Sequence record: NZ_AP026977.1 | Strand: one strand, 5' to 3' | DNA from: a plasmid | Length of the DNA stretch: 51,855 bases | In this document: piece by piece, positions 43,544 to 51,855 of the stretch | Layout of the letters: each line of letters opens with the position of its first letter | Numbering within the stretch: position 1 is the first letter of the stretch | Made by a program: the position numbers and the translations under genes | The notes under the pieces: generated by a model | Database searches by the model: none | Seen by the model: only the letters and a program-made list of their open reading frames with translations | What the model was told of the DNA's origin: nothing

Positions 43544-45393
43544 TGGACCGCAGTGTGAAGCAGCCTGGTAGTTCGGATTTCGCGGAGACGTGGGGTTATC
43601 CGGCCGCTGTCGCTGGCGTGATCGGTTTGGGTGAGGCGGCGGGGATGTCGATCCGGGTCGGTGAGGCCCTCTACGGCGGCCCTGAGCAGCACGTGTCCTG
43701 GAACCCGCTGACCATGGCACTCAACATCGCGACCGGTGATCTGCTGTGGACCGGCGCCGCTACCGGTGGTGCGGTCACGCTGGTGGCCGGGACCGCGCTG
43801 TCGGTGGCCGGGTCGGTGTGGGCGTGGCGGGCGACCTGCCGCAAATGCGGCCAGCTCTACCGCCAGCGGGGCCGGATCAAGCGCGAGGCCATCGACTCTC
43901 AGGCCCGGTTCATGGGCCGCGGCCGCGAGCTGGCCAGCCTGCGCCGCGACGCGATCTTGGGCAAGGCGAAGGAGCTGCGGGTGCAGCTGCGCGACGGTGA
44001 CGAGCCGGGCGTGCTGATCGCCCGCTCCGTCGCCGACGGCCAGGACCTCTACGCCTCCTACGAAGACCTGCACCTGGACATCTGGGGTCCGCGTACCGGC
44101 AAGTCGACCTCCCGGGTGATCCCGGCGGTCATGGAAGCCATCGGTGCGGTGGTCGCCACCAGCAACAAGCGGGATGTGGTGGATGCGACCCGCAAGGCGC
44201 GCTCCACTGATGGCCGGCGGGTGTTCGTGTTCGATCCGCAGGGGGTGGCGGCCGAGCCGTGCAGTTGGTTCTGGGATCCGGCCGACTGGGTGTTGGGCGA
44301 GAACGGCGGTGCCGGTGCCGAGGAACGTGCTGCGGAGTTGGCGGGGCACTTCGCTGCTGGCAACGACACCGCTTCGCGGGATGCGTTCTTCGAGCCCGAG
44401 GGTGAGGACCTGCTTGCGGGTCTGATCCTGGCCGCTGCGGTGGCGAAGAAGCCGATTACGCAGGTGTTCCGGTGGGTGACCAAGTCCTCGGATGACGAGC
44501 CGGTCGACATCCTTCAAGACGCTGGATTCGAGCTGGCCGCCGCGGCGCTGCGTGACCAGTACGGCGCCCCGGAGAAGCAGAAGGGTGGGGTGTTCTCCAC
44601 TGCCAAGAAGATGGCTGCCTGCCTTCGGTTCTCCTCGATCCAGCAGTGGGTGTGCCCGCCCGGGAAGGGGGAGAAGCCGCGGACGGCGTTCAAGGTGGCC
44701 GATTTCGTGCGCTCGCGCGACACCCTCTATCCGCTGAGTGAGGAAGGCCCGGCCAGTGCGGGACCGTTGGTGACCGCGCTGTGCGCGGCGGTCGCTGGTG
44801 CGGGCAAGGCCGAGGGGGTGGCTCACCCTGGTGGCCGGTTGCCGGTGCCGTTGACGATCGTGCTGGACGAGGCCGCCAACATCGTGCGCTGGCGGGATCT
44901 GCCCAAGCAGTACTCCCACTTCGGTTCTCGCGGGATCGTGGTCATGTCGATCTTGCAGTCCTGGGCCCAGGGTGTGCGCTGCTGGGGCGAGGACGGCATG
45001 AAGGCGCTGTGGTCGGCGGCCAACATCAAGGTCATCGGCGGCGGCTTGGACGACGAGGCGTTCCTGCGCGCCCGCTCGGAGTTGATCGGACCGCACTACG
45101 AGCAGTCCACCTCGGTCAGCAAGGGCCAGGGCGGTCACCGCTCGACGTCGGTGTCGCGCACCACCGAAATCACCCTGCATCCCAGCGATCTCGCCGCGCT
45201 GCCGCGCGGGCGCTGCGTGGTGTTCACCTCCGGTAATCGCCCGACTCTCGGGCAGACCGTGCCGTGGATGGACCGGCCGTATGCCGCTCAGATCAGCGCC
45301 GCGCTCGATGAGATCGCCGCCCAAACCCCGCCCCCGCGCCCGCATCTGTGGGTCGTGGGGTCGAGCACCGAGCAGGAAGGCCAATCCGCATGA
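43543..45393 (+). CDS. type IV secretion coupling protein (TraG/TraD/VirD4 family)
   Basis: N-terminal TM segments. Walker A DIWGPRTGKST. Walker B TIVLDEAAN. Confidence 0.85.
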   Translation: MDRSVKQPGSSDFAETWGYPAAVAGVIGLGEAAGMSIRVGEALYGGPEQHVSWNPLTMALNIATGDLLWTGAATGGAVTLVAGTALSVAGSVWAWRATCRKCGQLYRQRGRIKREAIDSQARFMGRGRELASLRRDAILGKAKELRVQLRDGDEPGVLIARSVADGQDLYASYEDLHLDIWGPRTGKSTSRVIPAVMEAIGAVVATSNKRDVVDATRKARSTDGRRVFVFDPQGVAAEPCSWFWDPADWVLGENGGAGAEERAAELAGHFAAGNDTASRDAFFEPEGEDLLAGLILAAAVAKKPITQVFRWVTKSSDDEPVDILQDAGFELAAAALRDQYGAPEKQKGGVFSTAKKMAACLRFSSIQQWVCPPGKGEKPRTAFKVADFVRSRDTLYPLSEEGPASAGPLVTALCAAVAGAGKAEGVAHPGGRLPVPLTIVLDEAANIVRWRDLPKQYSHFGSRGIVVMSILQSWAQGVRCWGEDGMKALWSAANIKVIGGGLDDEAFLRARSELIGPHYEQSTSVSKGQGGHRSTSVSRTTEITLHPSDLAALPRGRCVVFTSGNRPTLGQTVPWMDRPYAAQISAALDEIAAQTPPPRPHLWVVGSSTEQEGQSA

Positions 45394-46133
45394 CCACCAC
45401 CGAAACCACCCCCGCTGTCGAGGACATCGACCTGTCGGCGGTCGAAGGGAACGAGGAGATCGCGGCAGCGGTCGAGCTGACCGAGGCGTTGTCCGGCGCG
45501 GTCCGCAAAGCGGTGAACTCGCAGGTCAGCGAGGCGGCGCAGCTCATCGCCAAGGGCGTGGTCGACAAGGTCCTCACCGAGCCGGTCGCCGAGGAGATGC
45601 GGGTCGCGGCGGTGCGCGACGCGATAGCCGCCGTCGATCCCAGCCACCAGCCCGAGGACCCGGTCGCGAAGCTCAAGTACCGCAACCTGGAGCTTTTCGT
45701 CTCCAAGTTCATCGCCCAGCTCTACCGGCGCGATGCGATCCGGGAAGGCTCACAGAAGAAGCTGCGGTGGTGCCCGCAGTGGTGGGACCACGGTGAGGCC
45801 GTCGCACGCCTGAGCGCTTTGTGGCGGGCGTTCGAGCGGATGCGCCAAGGCGATGGCGTGGAGATGTCGGTGTGGTGGCTGCACCACGCCGACCCGACGA
45901 TGGACCGCCTGCTGGACCCGGAGAACGGCCCCTTCAAGTGGTGCTCGGTCCCTGACGGTCATGTGCGCCGGTTGCAGGCGCTGCCGGTGGTCGAGATCCC
46001 CGAGGCGTTGAAGTTCCCCGACGGCTACGACTACGACTACGACGTACCCCCCAGCGCGGCGGTGACGGGCACGGGGCTCTACCTGCCGTCCGCGCCGTTG
46101 CAGACCCGCCGCGTCATCAGGGAATTTCCCTGA
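45390..46133 (+). CDS. conserved hypothetical protein co-transcribed with the coupling protein (ATGA overlap)
   Basis: KLRWCPQWWDHGEAVARLSALWRAFE region. No function assigned. Confidence 0.5.
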   Translation: MTTTETTPAVEDIDLSAVEGNEEIAAAVELTEALSGAVRKAVNSQVSEAAQLIAKGVVDKVLTEPVAEEMRVAAVRDAIAAVDPSHQPEDPVAKLKYRNLELFVSKFIAQLYRRDAIREGSQKKLRWCPQWWDHGEAVARLSALWRAFERMRQGDGVEMSVWWLHHADPTMDRLLDPENGPFKWCSVPDGHVRRLQALPVVEIPEALKFPDGYDYDYDVPPSAAVTGTGLYLPSAPLQTRRVIREFP

Positions 46134-48985
46134 TGGCCGCCCCAGCACGCCCCAGCCCTGCGGGGTCGTGGGAGCGGGTCACCGAGGCCCTGGAACGGGC
46201 GGTCGGGCCGGGCCGCCCCGCCGGGTCCTGGGTCAAATACTGCTGCCCGGTACACGAAGCCGACGGCCGCGGGCACCGCCCGAGCCTGGGCGCGAAATAC
46301 ATCCGCGACATGGGCCGCACGAAGGTCCGCTGCTATGCGGGCTGCTCGGATGAGCAGGTCCTGCAAGCGGTCGGCCTGCGAGTCAAGGATCTCTACGACG
46401 CCCCGATCGAACGCGGCCGCCACGGCGGGCCTGCTCGCACACCACGGTCGCGGCCGCGTCCACAGCGGGTCTCGCGTGCTGATCAGGCCCTCGGTGCGGC
46501 GGGCCTGCCGCTGGTGCAGCCCAAGCGGCCGGATCTGGGTGCGCAGACCTCGCCGTGGAAGCGGGTCGCGGTCTACCCGTACCTGCGCGCCGACGGCGCC
46601 GTCGCGGGCGAAGTCGTGCGGAAGGAAGCCGACTTCGCCCGAGGCCGGGACAAGGAATTCAGCCAGCGGCACTGGAACCCGGCCACCGGCGAGATGGAGT
46701 CCGGCGGATTCGAGGCCATCCCCTTCCAGCTGCCGCAACTGCTGGAAGGCATCGCCGCCGGGCGCGTCATCTACGTCGTCGAAGGCGAAAAGGACGTCCA
46801 GACAGCCGAATCGGCCGGGTTGATCGCGACCTGCAACGCCGGAGGCGCGCTGAGCTGGAGCGCTGAGCACGCCGGGTGGCTCGAAGGCGCGGGCACGGTC
46901 GTCATCGTCGCCGACCGCGACACCGCCGGATACCGGCGCGCCGAAAAGGTCATGGCCAGCCTCACCGGCCTCGTCCAGCGGGTGCGGGTCGTGCAGGCGC
47001 TCACCGGCAAGGACCTCACCGACCACTTCGCGTGTGGTCACACCGTCGGCGAGCTGGAGCCGATCCCGTACCTGGACCCCTACACCCCCGCTCCCACCCC
47101 GGCCCCGGGCCCGGCGCGTGCTGCCGCTGCCGGACCGGCCCCACCGGCACCGACGGTCGCAGCCGATCTCGATGTCCCCGCTGAAAAACCCGCTCCTGGA
47201 GGAAATCTCATGGCCGAATACCTGCTCGCCCCGTCCTTGGACACCCCGCCCCCGCAATCGGACGAAGTCGACCACATGCACGGCCAGTGGTCGATATTCG
47301 CGAAGCTGTTGATGCAACACCTGCTGATGTTGGCGTCCAAGGCTGTCGCGCAGCGTCTGGCCGCCGCGCAGGCTGAGGCCGAGAAGTCGGAGGAAGAACG
47401 CAAGGCCGCTGAGGAACGGCGCGCCGCAGAGAAATCCGCGGTCGAGACCCGGCTGCGCAAGCTGCGCCAGGCCGGCTACGACACCGCCTCGCGCACCGAG
47501 ATCGCCGATGCCGTGCGTGATGCCGCGACGTGGGCCAATGACAGCGAGGTCGCCGGGATCGAACTGGGGCATCTGGCCGAGCACGTGGGCAGCCGGTTCG
47601 GGGTCGACATCGACATCTTCAACGGTGAGGCCCACCTCATCACCTCGGCGGATCCGGCGGCGCTGGCCGCCGCCGAGCAGGAACGCGCCGCCCTCGCCCG
47701 CGACCGCACCGCCCAGGACCGGGCAGTCGAGATCGTCGCTGCCGACGACGATCTCGACGAGAGCACGAAGATCGCGCTGTATGCCGCGATCGAGTCCTGG
47801 CGCACCGACCCGAGCCCTGACCGGCTCGAAACGCTGACTCGCCAGCTCAAGGACAAGAAGGTCCCCGAGCAGACCCGCCACCGGGTGCGGTTCGTCTTCG
47901 CCTACCTCAGCGACGACACCGAGATCGGCAGCGTCGGCAACCTCGGCAACGCCGTGTCGGCGGCCCAGGAACTGGCTGGCCACACCCGGCCCTTGGTCGA
48001 CCCGGGGGAAGAGGCCAAGGCGCGTATCGACAAGTTGCTCGCGACCTACCAGGAGCAGCTGAAGGTGGGTGCACCGACTCAGCAGGTGCAGCAACAGCTC
48101 GCTGGTGAGGTCGAGGTCCTGACCATGCAGGACCAGGAAGCCACGCGGGAGCGGGGCAAGGCGATCCGGGCCAATCCCGCGGGGAACTACCCGCGGCTGT
48201 GGCCTAACCACGTCGACCGCGACGAGCTGACCACCCACATCCGTGCCTACGCGACGCTGGCACCCCAAGCCGAGGCCGCCGCGGGCAAGGCGGGTGATCT
48301 CGCCGATGTCACCGCCGTGCAGTTGCGCAAGTCCGCTGCCCGGCACAAGGCCGCGATCAAGGAAGCGATCACCACCGGTGAGGGCCTGCACTCGCTGGAG
48401 AAAGACCAGCTGCGCGCGGTTTTGCGGGATATCGACTCGGGCAAGACCCGAACCCCTGAGCAGTTGTTCGCTGATGACCGCTCCGCCGCGGCCGTCGATA
48501 TCAACCGCTGCAAGCGCATCGCCCACGACAAGGCCCGCGCCAGGCGCCGTGATCTGGACAAGATCCTGGACGAGGGGGCCGTGCCCGAGCAGGTGCGTCA
48601 GCAGATCCGCGAGCACCTCGGCCACACCACCGGCGCGGTCGAGGATTCGGCCCAGCAGGTCGCTACCACTACCCGCCGCTGGGCCGAACGCCGCGAAGCG
48701 GTCGTGGTCTCCCGCGCCGCCGCCGGCGTCGAATCGGTCGACTATGACAGTCCGCAACGGCAGAAGGACATGGAAAACCAGTTGCGCGGTGCCGGGCTGG
48801 ACGACGACCAGATCGCCGAGCGCATGGCCGCCGAGTCCTCCTTCGCCAAACCGCCTTCGGCTGCGGCGAAGGCGGCGAAGCTCAACCCGCGCACCACCAA
48901 CCCCGGCGCCGGGATGCAGCGGTTCAACCACCGCGGCAAGGGCAAGGGCAACGGCCAGAACCCTGATCAGGGCAACAGCCGCTGA
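46133..48985 (+). CDS. conjugative DNA primase: N-terminal Cys/His zinc-binding segment, TOPRIM domain, Pro-rich linker, ~450-aa C-terminal helical domain
   Basis: CPVHEADGRGH...CYAGCS. TOPRIM VIYVVEGEKDVQTAESAG...VVIVADRDTAGY. C-terminal region homologous to 48999-51221 and 1517-3202. Confidence 0.8.
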   Translation: MAAPARPSPAGSWERVTEALERAVGPGRPAGSWVKYCCPVHEADGRGHRPSLGAKYIRDMGRTKVRCYAGCSDEQVLQAVGLRVKDLYDAPIERGRHGGPARTPRSRPRPQRVSRADQALGAAGLPLVQPKRPDLGAQTSPWKRVAVYPYLRADGAVAGEVVRKEADFARGRDKEFSQRHWNPATGEMESGGFEAIPFQLPQLLEGIAAGRVIYVVEGEKDVQTAESAGLIATCNAGGALSWSAEHAGWLEGAGTVVIVADRDTAGYRRAEKVMASLTGLVQRVRVVQALTGKDLTDHFACGHTVGELEPIPYLDPYTPAPTPAPGPARAAAAGPAPPAPTVAADLDVPAEKPAPGGNLMAEYLLAPSLDTPPPQSDEVDHMHGQWSIFAKLLMQHLLMLASKAVAQRLAAAQAEAEKSEEERKAAEERRAAEKSAVETRLRKLRQAGYDTASRTEIADAVRDAATWANDSEVAGIELGHLAEHVGSRFGVDIDIFNGEAHLITSADPAALAAAEQERAALARDRTAQDRAVEIVAADDDLDESTKIALYAAIESWRTDPSPDRLETLTRQLKDKKVPEQTRHRVRFVFAYLSDDTEIGSVGNLGNAVSAAQELAGHTRPLVDPGEEAKARIDKLLATYQEQLKVGAPTQQVQQQLAGEVEVLTMQDQEATRERGKAIRANPAGNYPRLWPNHVDRDELTTHIRAYATLAPQAEAAAGKAGDLADVTAVQLRKSAARHKAAIKEAITTGEGLHSLEKDQLRAVLRDIDSGKTRTPEQLFADDRSAAAVDINRCKRIAHDKARARRRDLDKILDEGAVPEQVRQQIREHLGHTTGAVEDSAQQVATTTRRWAERREAVVVSRAAAGVESVDYDSPQRQKDMENQLRGAGLDDDQIAERMAAESSFAKPPSAAAKAAKLNPRTTNPGAGMQRFNHRGKGKGNGQNPDQGNSR

Positions 48986-48998
48986 ACAGCTCGATCAG

Positions 48999-51221
48999 AT
49001 GACCGCCGTACACGACCCTCAGCAGCCCGACACCTTCGCGTGGCGGGCTGCTCCGGCTCACCTGAAAACCCGCCGCCAACTGCGTGCGGCGGGCCTGCGC
49101 CCGAACGGCCAGGAACCGGCCGCGCTGATGGTTCGTGAGCCCACGGGCCGCAAGCGCCGGTTGTGGGCCTACCTGTTCGACGTCGGCAAAGCCGCACCCA
49201 AACGCACCGCCAGCGCGGCTCAGCTCGCCGCCGTCGAGAAGGCCGTCCGCGAGCACCAGGCCCGCGCCGCCGAACGGCGCGGCATCGCCCGCGAAGAGCT
49301 CACCCAACCCACAGATCCGGGGCCGGGCTGGACCGACCCCACAACCCATCAGGAGGAAAACCCTATGTCCGACAACATCACTGCCCCAGGCGGCGAGGCC
49401 GCTACCAGAGAAGACCCGGCCGGGCAGCAGCCGCAGCTGGGTGCGCCGGCCGGGCACGGCCAACGCGTCGCGTACCTGCTGGCCACCGTCGCAGCCAACC
49501 AAGCCCGCGAGCGGTCGGCCAAGGTCGATGCCGCGATCGGGCGGGCCGAACGCGGCGAGGACGCCGATTGGGATCTGGAACCGAAAATCCGCGAAGCGAT
49601 GTCCCAGGCGGAAACCCGGCTCGAGAACATCCCGTGGCAGAACCGCGCCGCTATGGTCGCCTCGCTGGCTGATGCTCTGGTGTGGAGCCATGATTCGGAG
49701 CTGGCCCAGCAGCGCCTCGACGAGCTGACCAATTCCTACGCGTTGAGCTGGGGCGTGCTCATCGACCCCTACGACCTCACCGTCAGCATCGACCCGGACT
49801 TCGAGGCCGAGCACTTCCAGCGATACGCCGAGGCGGCGAGTGTGTGGGATCGCGAGTCCGCGGCGATCGACATCGTGGCCGCGCTGCCGATGCCCGAGGC
49901 CGCGAAGGAAGCTGCGGTTCAGGCGGTGATGGCGTGGCGCGGTCCCGAGGTCGACCCGCTGGATCCCGAGGAGCATCGGGTCAGCCAGACTCGGCGCCGC
50001 GAGCAGCTCGACGTCGACCTGGACGCCGCCCGGCTCACCGCCGAGGACCGCGCCCGGGTGGAGTTCGTGGTGGATTACCTGCGCGGGGAAACCTCGCGGG
50101 TGGATCTGCTGACCAGTCCGGTGGTCGTGGACCCGGGTGAGGAAGCCCGCGGCCGGGTGGCGGCGCTGCTGGAGCAGTTCGCGAACAACCCGAAAGCCGC
50201 TCGTGAGGTCGGCAAGCAGATCTCGGTGCTGACCGACGCCGACCAGGAACGCGTCCGCGACGTTGGCCGCGCCATCCAGGCGGGCCAGGCGGTCGATTTC
50301 GAGGTGTGGCCCGGCTACGTCAACCGCGAACAGTTCCGGGAAGCGCTGGTGGAGTACGCCGACGACGCTGCCGAGCTGCGCAGCATGGCCGACTACCTCG
50401 CCGAAGGCCATCTCACCGCCGCGGAGCAGGCTCGCCTCGGTGCGGTCGTCGGCACGATCACCGACGACACCAACCAGCAGATCACCCGCATGGCCACCCA
50501 GCGGGAACAGCTGCTCGACCAAGCCCGCCACGGCCATGGGCTCACCTCGATGGAGCGCGCACAGATCGTGTGCACGATCGAGGACATCGACGCCGGGGTG
50601 ATCCTCGGGCACGAGGAACTGCCGGAGCTGCTGTGGGCCGACGAGCGTACCAAGGCCAGCGTCGATTTCGCGCGCACCGCTGAGCCCGCCGCCGACCTGT
50701 CGAACAGAACACGCCGCCAGATCACCGAGCTGGTCGACACCGCCAGCACCGCTGCCCCGCACAGCCGCGAGGACCAGCGGCTGCGGTTCGAGGTGTCCTC
50801 GATGACCGATTCCCTGTTCAGCGTGGCCACCGGATCGCCAGGAACCAGCGTGGAGCTGGACCGCCAGCAGTACACGATCAAACGCACTGAGCTGGGCAAG
50901 GCCCTGGCCCGCGCGGGCGTGGATTCGGACATACAGCAGCGGATCCGGACTCTCGTCGATGACCGCGCCCGTCAGGCCGGGGAACTCGGCCGCGGTGCTG
51001 CCGCTCGCCGCCAGCAGTGGAGGGACAAGTCCGCCAACGTTGTCGCCGCACGTGACGACGCGATCGCCCAGCGCCAGGCAGCGGCCGCCGACCGCAGCCC
51101 CAGCCCGCGCTCGGGACGCACCTGCGCGAGCAGGCCCGACCGGACGGCCCAAGCCGCTTCGCCTGCCCCAGCCCGTTCGGCAGCACGGCGGCCGGTGCAC
51201 ACGTCGGGGGTGGAGCGGTGA
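48999..51221 (+). CDS. paralog 3 of the helical domain family (741 aa if started at 48999; strong internal RBS AGGAGG before an ATG at 49366)
   Basis: Open, high-GC3 frame from 48999. Blocks LADALVWSHDSE / SIDPDF / VDPGEEARGRV / FEVWPGYVNRE shared with the primase C-terminus and with 1517-3202. Confidence 0.55.
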   Translation: MTAVHDPQQPDTFAWRAAPAHLKTRRQLRAAGLRPNGQEPAALMVREPTGRKRRLWAYLFDVGKAAPKRTASAAQLAAVEKAVREHQARAAERRGIAREELTQPTDPGPGWTDPTTHQEENPMSDNITAPGGEAATREDPAGQQPQLGAPAGHGQRVAYLLATVAANQARERSAKVDAAIGRAERGEDADWDLEPKIREAMSQAETRLENIPWQNRAAMVASLADALVWSHDSELAQQRLDELTNSYALSWGVLIDPYDLTVSIDPDFEAEHFQRYAEAASVWDRESAAIDIVAALPMPEAAKEAAVQAVMAWRGPEVDPLDPEEHRVSQTRRREQLDVDLDAARLTAEDRARVEFVVDYLRGETSRVDLLTSPVVVDPGEEARGRVAALLEQFANNPKAAREVGKQISVLTDADQERVRDVGRAIQAGQAVDFEVWPGYVNREQFREALVEYADDAAELRSMADYLAEGHLTAAEQARLGAVVGTITDDTNQQITRMATQREQLLDQARHGHGLTSMERAQIVCTIEDIDAGVILGHEELPELLWADERTKASVDFARTAEPAADLSNRTRRQITELVDTASTAAPHSREDQRLRFEVSSMTDSLFSVATGSPGTSVELDRQQYTIKRTELGKALARAGVDSDIQQRIRTLVDDRARQAGELGRGAAARRQQWRDKSANVVAARDDAIAQRQAAAADRSPSPRSGRTCASRPDRTAQAASPAPARSAARRPVHTSGVER

Positions 51222-51526
51222 CCGATACCGAAGTCGTGGATCTGCACGTCATCGCCCGCCTCGACGACCCTGCCGGTGGGGTCGCCGATCTCTACTCCTG
51301 CGAGTTGTTCTACAGCGACGACGGCAGCGTCTACGGCCGTCACGTCAGCTGCCGGTGGGAATCCGTTCCCGCCGCCCCGGGCGCCCCGCTCAGTCTCGAC
51401 GCGCTCGACGACGCGCTCACCGCCGCCGGGTACACCCGCACCGGCGAGTGGCGGCGCAAGACCACCAGCTCCGGCGCGGTGCGGTACTTCACCGTCGCCA
51501 CCATCGGAATCGAGGACATTCAGTGA
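51218..51526 (+). CDS. conserved hypothetical protein (102 aa), paralog of 3639-3944; GTG start overlapping the upstream stop
   Basis: ~90% aa identity to the first-module copy. Confidence 0.6.
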   Translation: MTDTEVVDLHVIARLDDPAGGVADLYSCELFYSDDGSVYGRHVSCRWESVPAAPGAPLSLDALDDALTAAGYTRTGEWRRKTTSSGAVRYFTVATIGIEDIQ

Positions 51527-51759
51527 ACACCCGCCACCTGGCCGCCGCCGTGATCGGCATGGCCATCGCCACCCTCACGGCCGACCCGGCACCCGCGTCC
51601 AACCCGCCGGCGCCGGTCGTCACCAGTGATTTCGACCGGTACCCGGTCGACACACCCTGTGCCCTGGGCCCTGGGCCGCTGGGGCGGATCGTCGATGCCG
51701 GGCGCGGACATCACATCTGCGAGCAGCGCATTCCCGGCAGCAGCTCCTACTACGAGTAG
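51523..51759 (+). CDS. small secreted protein (78 aa; GTG start overlapping the upstream stop)
   Basis: VNTRHLAAAVIGMAIATLTADPAPA signal-peptide-like N-terminus. Cys-containing mature part. Confidence 0.4.
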   Translation: MNTRHLAAAVIGMAIATLTADPAPASNPPAPVVTSDFDRYPVDTPCALGPGPLGRIVDAGRGHHICEQRIPGSSSYYE

Positions 51760-51762
51760 ATT

Positions 51763-51821
51763 CCCAGTAGACAGGGCAGCCCCGGAACACGCAACGTTCC
51801 GGGGCTGCCCTGCGTACTGGG
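51763..51821. terminator. second copy of the giant bidirectional hairpin
   Basis: CCCAGTA-G-ACAGGGCAGCCCCGGAAC acgcaac GTTCCGGGGCTGCCCTG-CG-TACTGGG. Confidence 0.6.
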
Positions 51822-51822
51822 C

Positions 51823-51855
51823 CTACTTCTTCCCGCCGCTCTTGCCGCTGCCGGA
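51823..51855 (-). CDS. small Gly/Ser/Lys-rich basic protein, copy C (only the last ~10 codons plus stop lie inside the window)
   Basis: Reverse strand ...TCC GGC AGC GGC AAG AGC GGC GGG AAG AAG TAG differs from copy B by one synonymous change. Confidence 0.4.
   Translation of the reverse strand, partial: SGSGKSGGKK

Noticed and set aside
1-51855. Hypothesis that the window wraps around a circular replicon, so that both ends are the same sequence
   Set aside because: The large genes in the two end modules are only ~50% identical at protein level, and the first module contains extra genes. They are diverged paralogous modules, not an overlap.
1-51855. CRISPR arrays, rRNA or tRNA genes
   Set aside because: No regularly spaced short direct repeats with unique spacers. 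No tRNA-like cloverleaf-sized conserved segments or rRNA-like regions noticed on reading the sequence.

Overview
High-GC (roughly 65-70%) actinobacterial DNA; GTG/TTG starts, a leaderless-type promoter and a WhiB-family gene point to a Corynebacteriales-type host. The gene content is most consistent with a large conjugative plasmid or a plasmid-derived element.

Backbone functions I can support from sequence:
- Replication: a PrimPol-domain Rep candidate, a small RHH gene immediately upstream, and two stem-loops between them.
- Partition: parA-parB with two copies of a GGTGGAAAGAcTCTTTCCACC palindrome.
- Transfer: a 1581-aa MOBF-type relaxase/helicase (TraA/TrwC-like) with a repeat-rich upstream region (oriT candidate).
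- A long translationally coupled operon on the + strand, 42631-51759: WhiB-like regulator, type IV coupling protein, conserved unknown, Zn-finger/TOPRIM primase, and further genes.
- A second mobilisation module on the - strand: mobC, a Dam-family N6-adenine methyltransferase, and a MobA/VirD2-like relaxase-domain protein.
- Two site-specific recombinases: a tyrosine recombinase flanked by GATAA/TTATC-type inverted-repeat sites, and a Tn3-type serine resolvase.

Accessory patches of lower GC carry:
- a C5-cytosine methyltransferase next to a palindrome-controlled HTH gene;
- an Mrr_cat nuclease;
- an Abi_2 (HEPN) protein;
- an AAA_33-kinase / HTH / HEPN-like trio;
- two SAM-methyltransferases, one in an operon with a GntR regulator.

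Most unusual is a module present at both window ends plus once internally. Each copy has a conserved small Gly/Ser/Lys-rich basic protein gene, shown by synonymous-substitution excess to be coding on the - strand, followed by a ~25-bp-stem hairpin. These modules are associated with a three-member paralogous ~450-aa helical domain family: the primase C-terminus, 48999-51221 and 1517-3202. The first copy is truncated by a ~1.1-kb inverted-repeat-bounded insert that carries a peritrophin-A (CBM14)-like secreted chitin-binding domain gene.

No rRNA, tRNA or CRISPR arrays were seen. No VirB4-like ATPase lies within the window. Coordinates of small features may be off by 1-2 nt.
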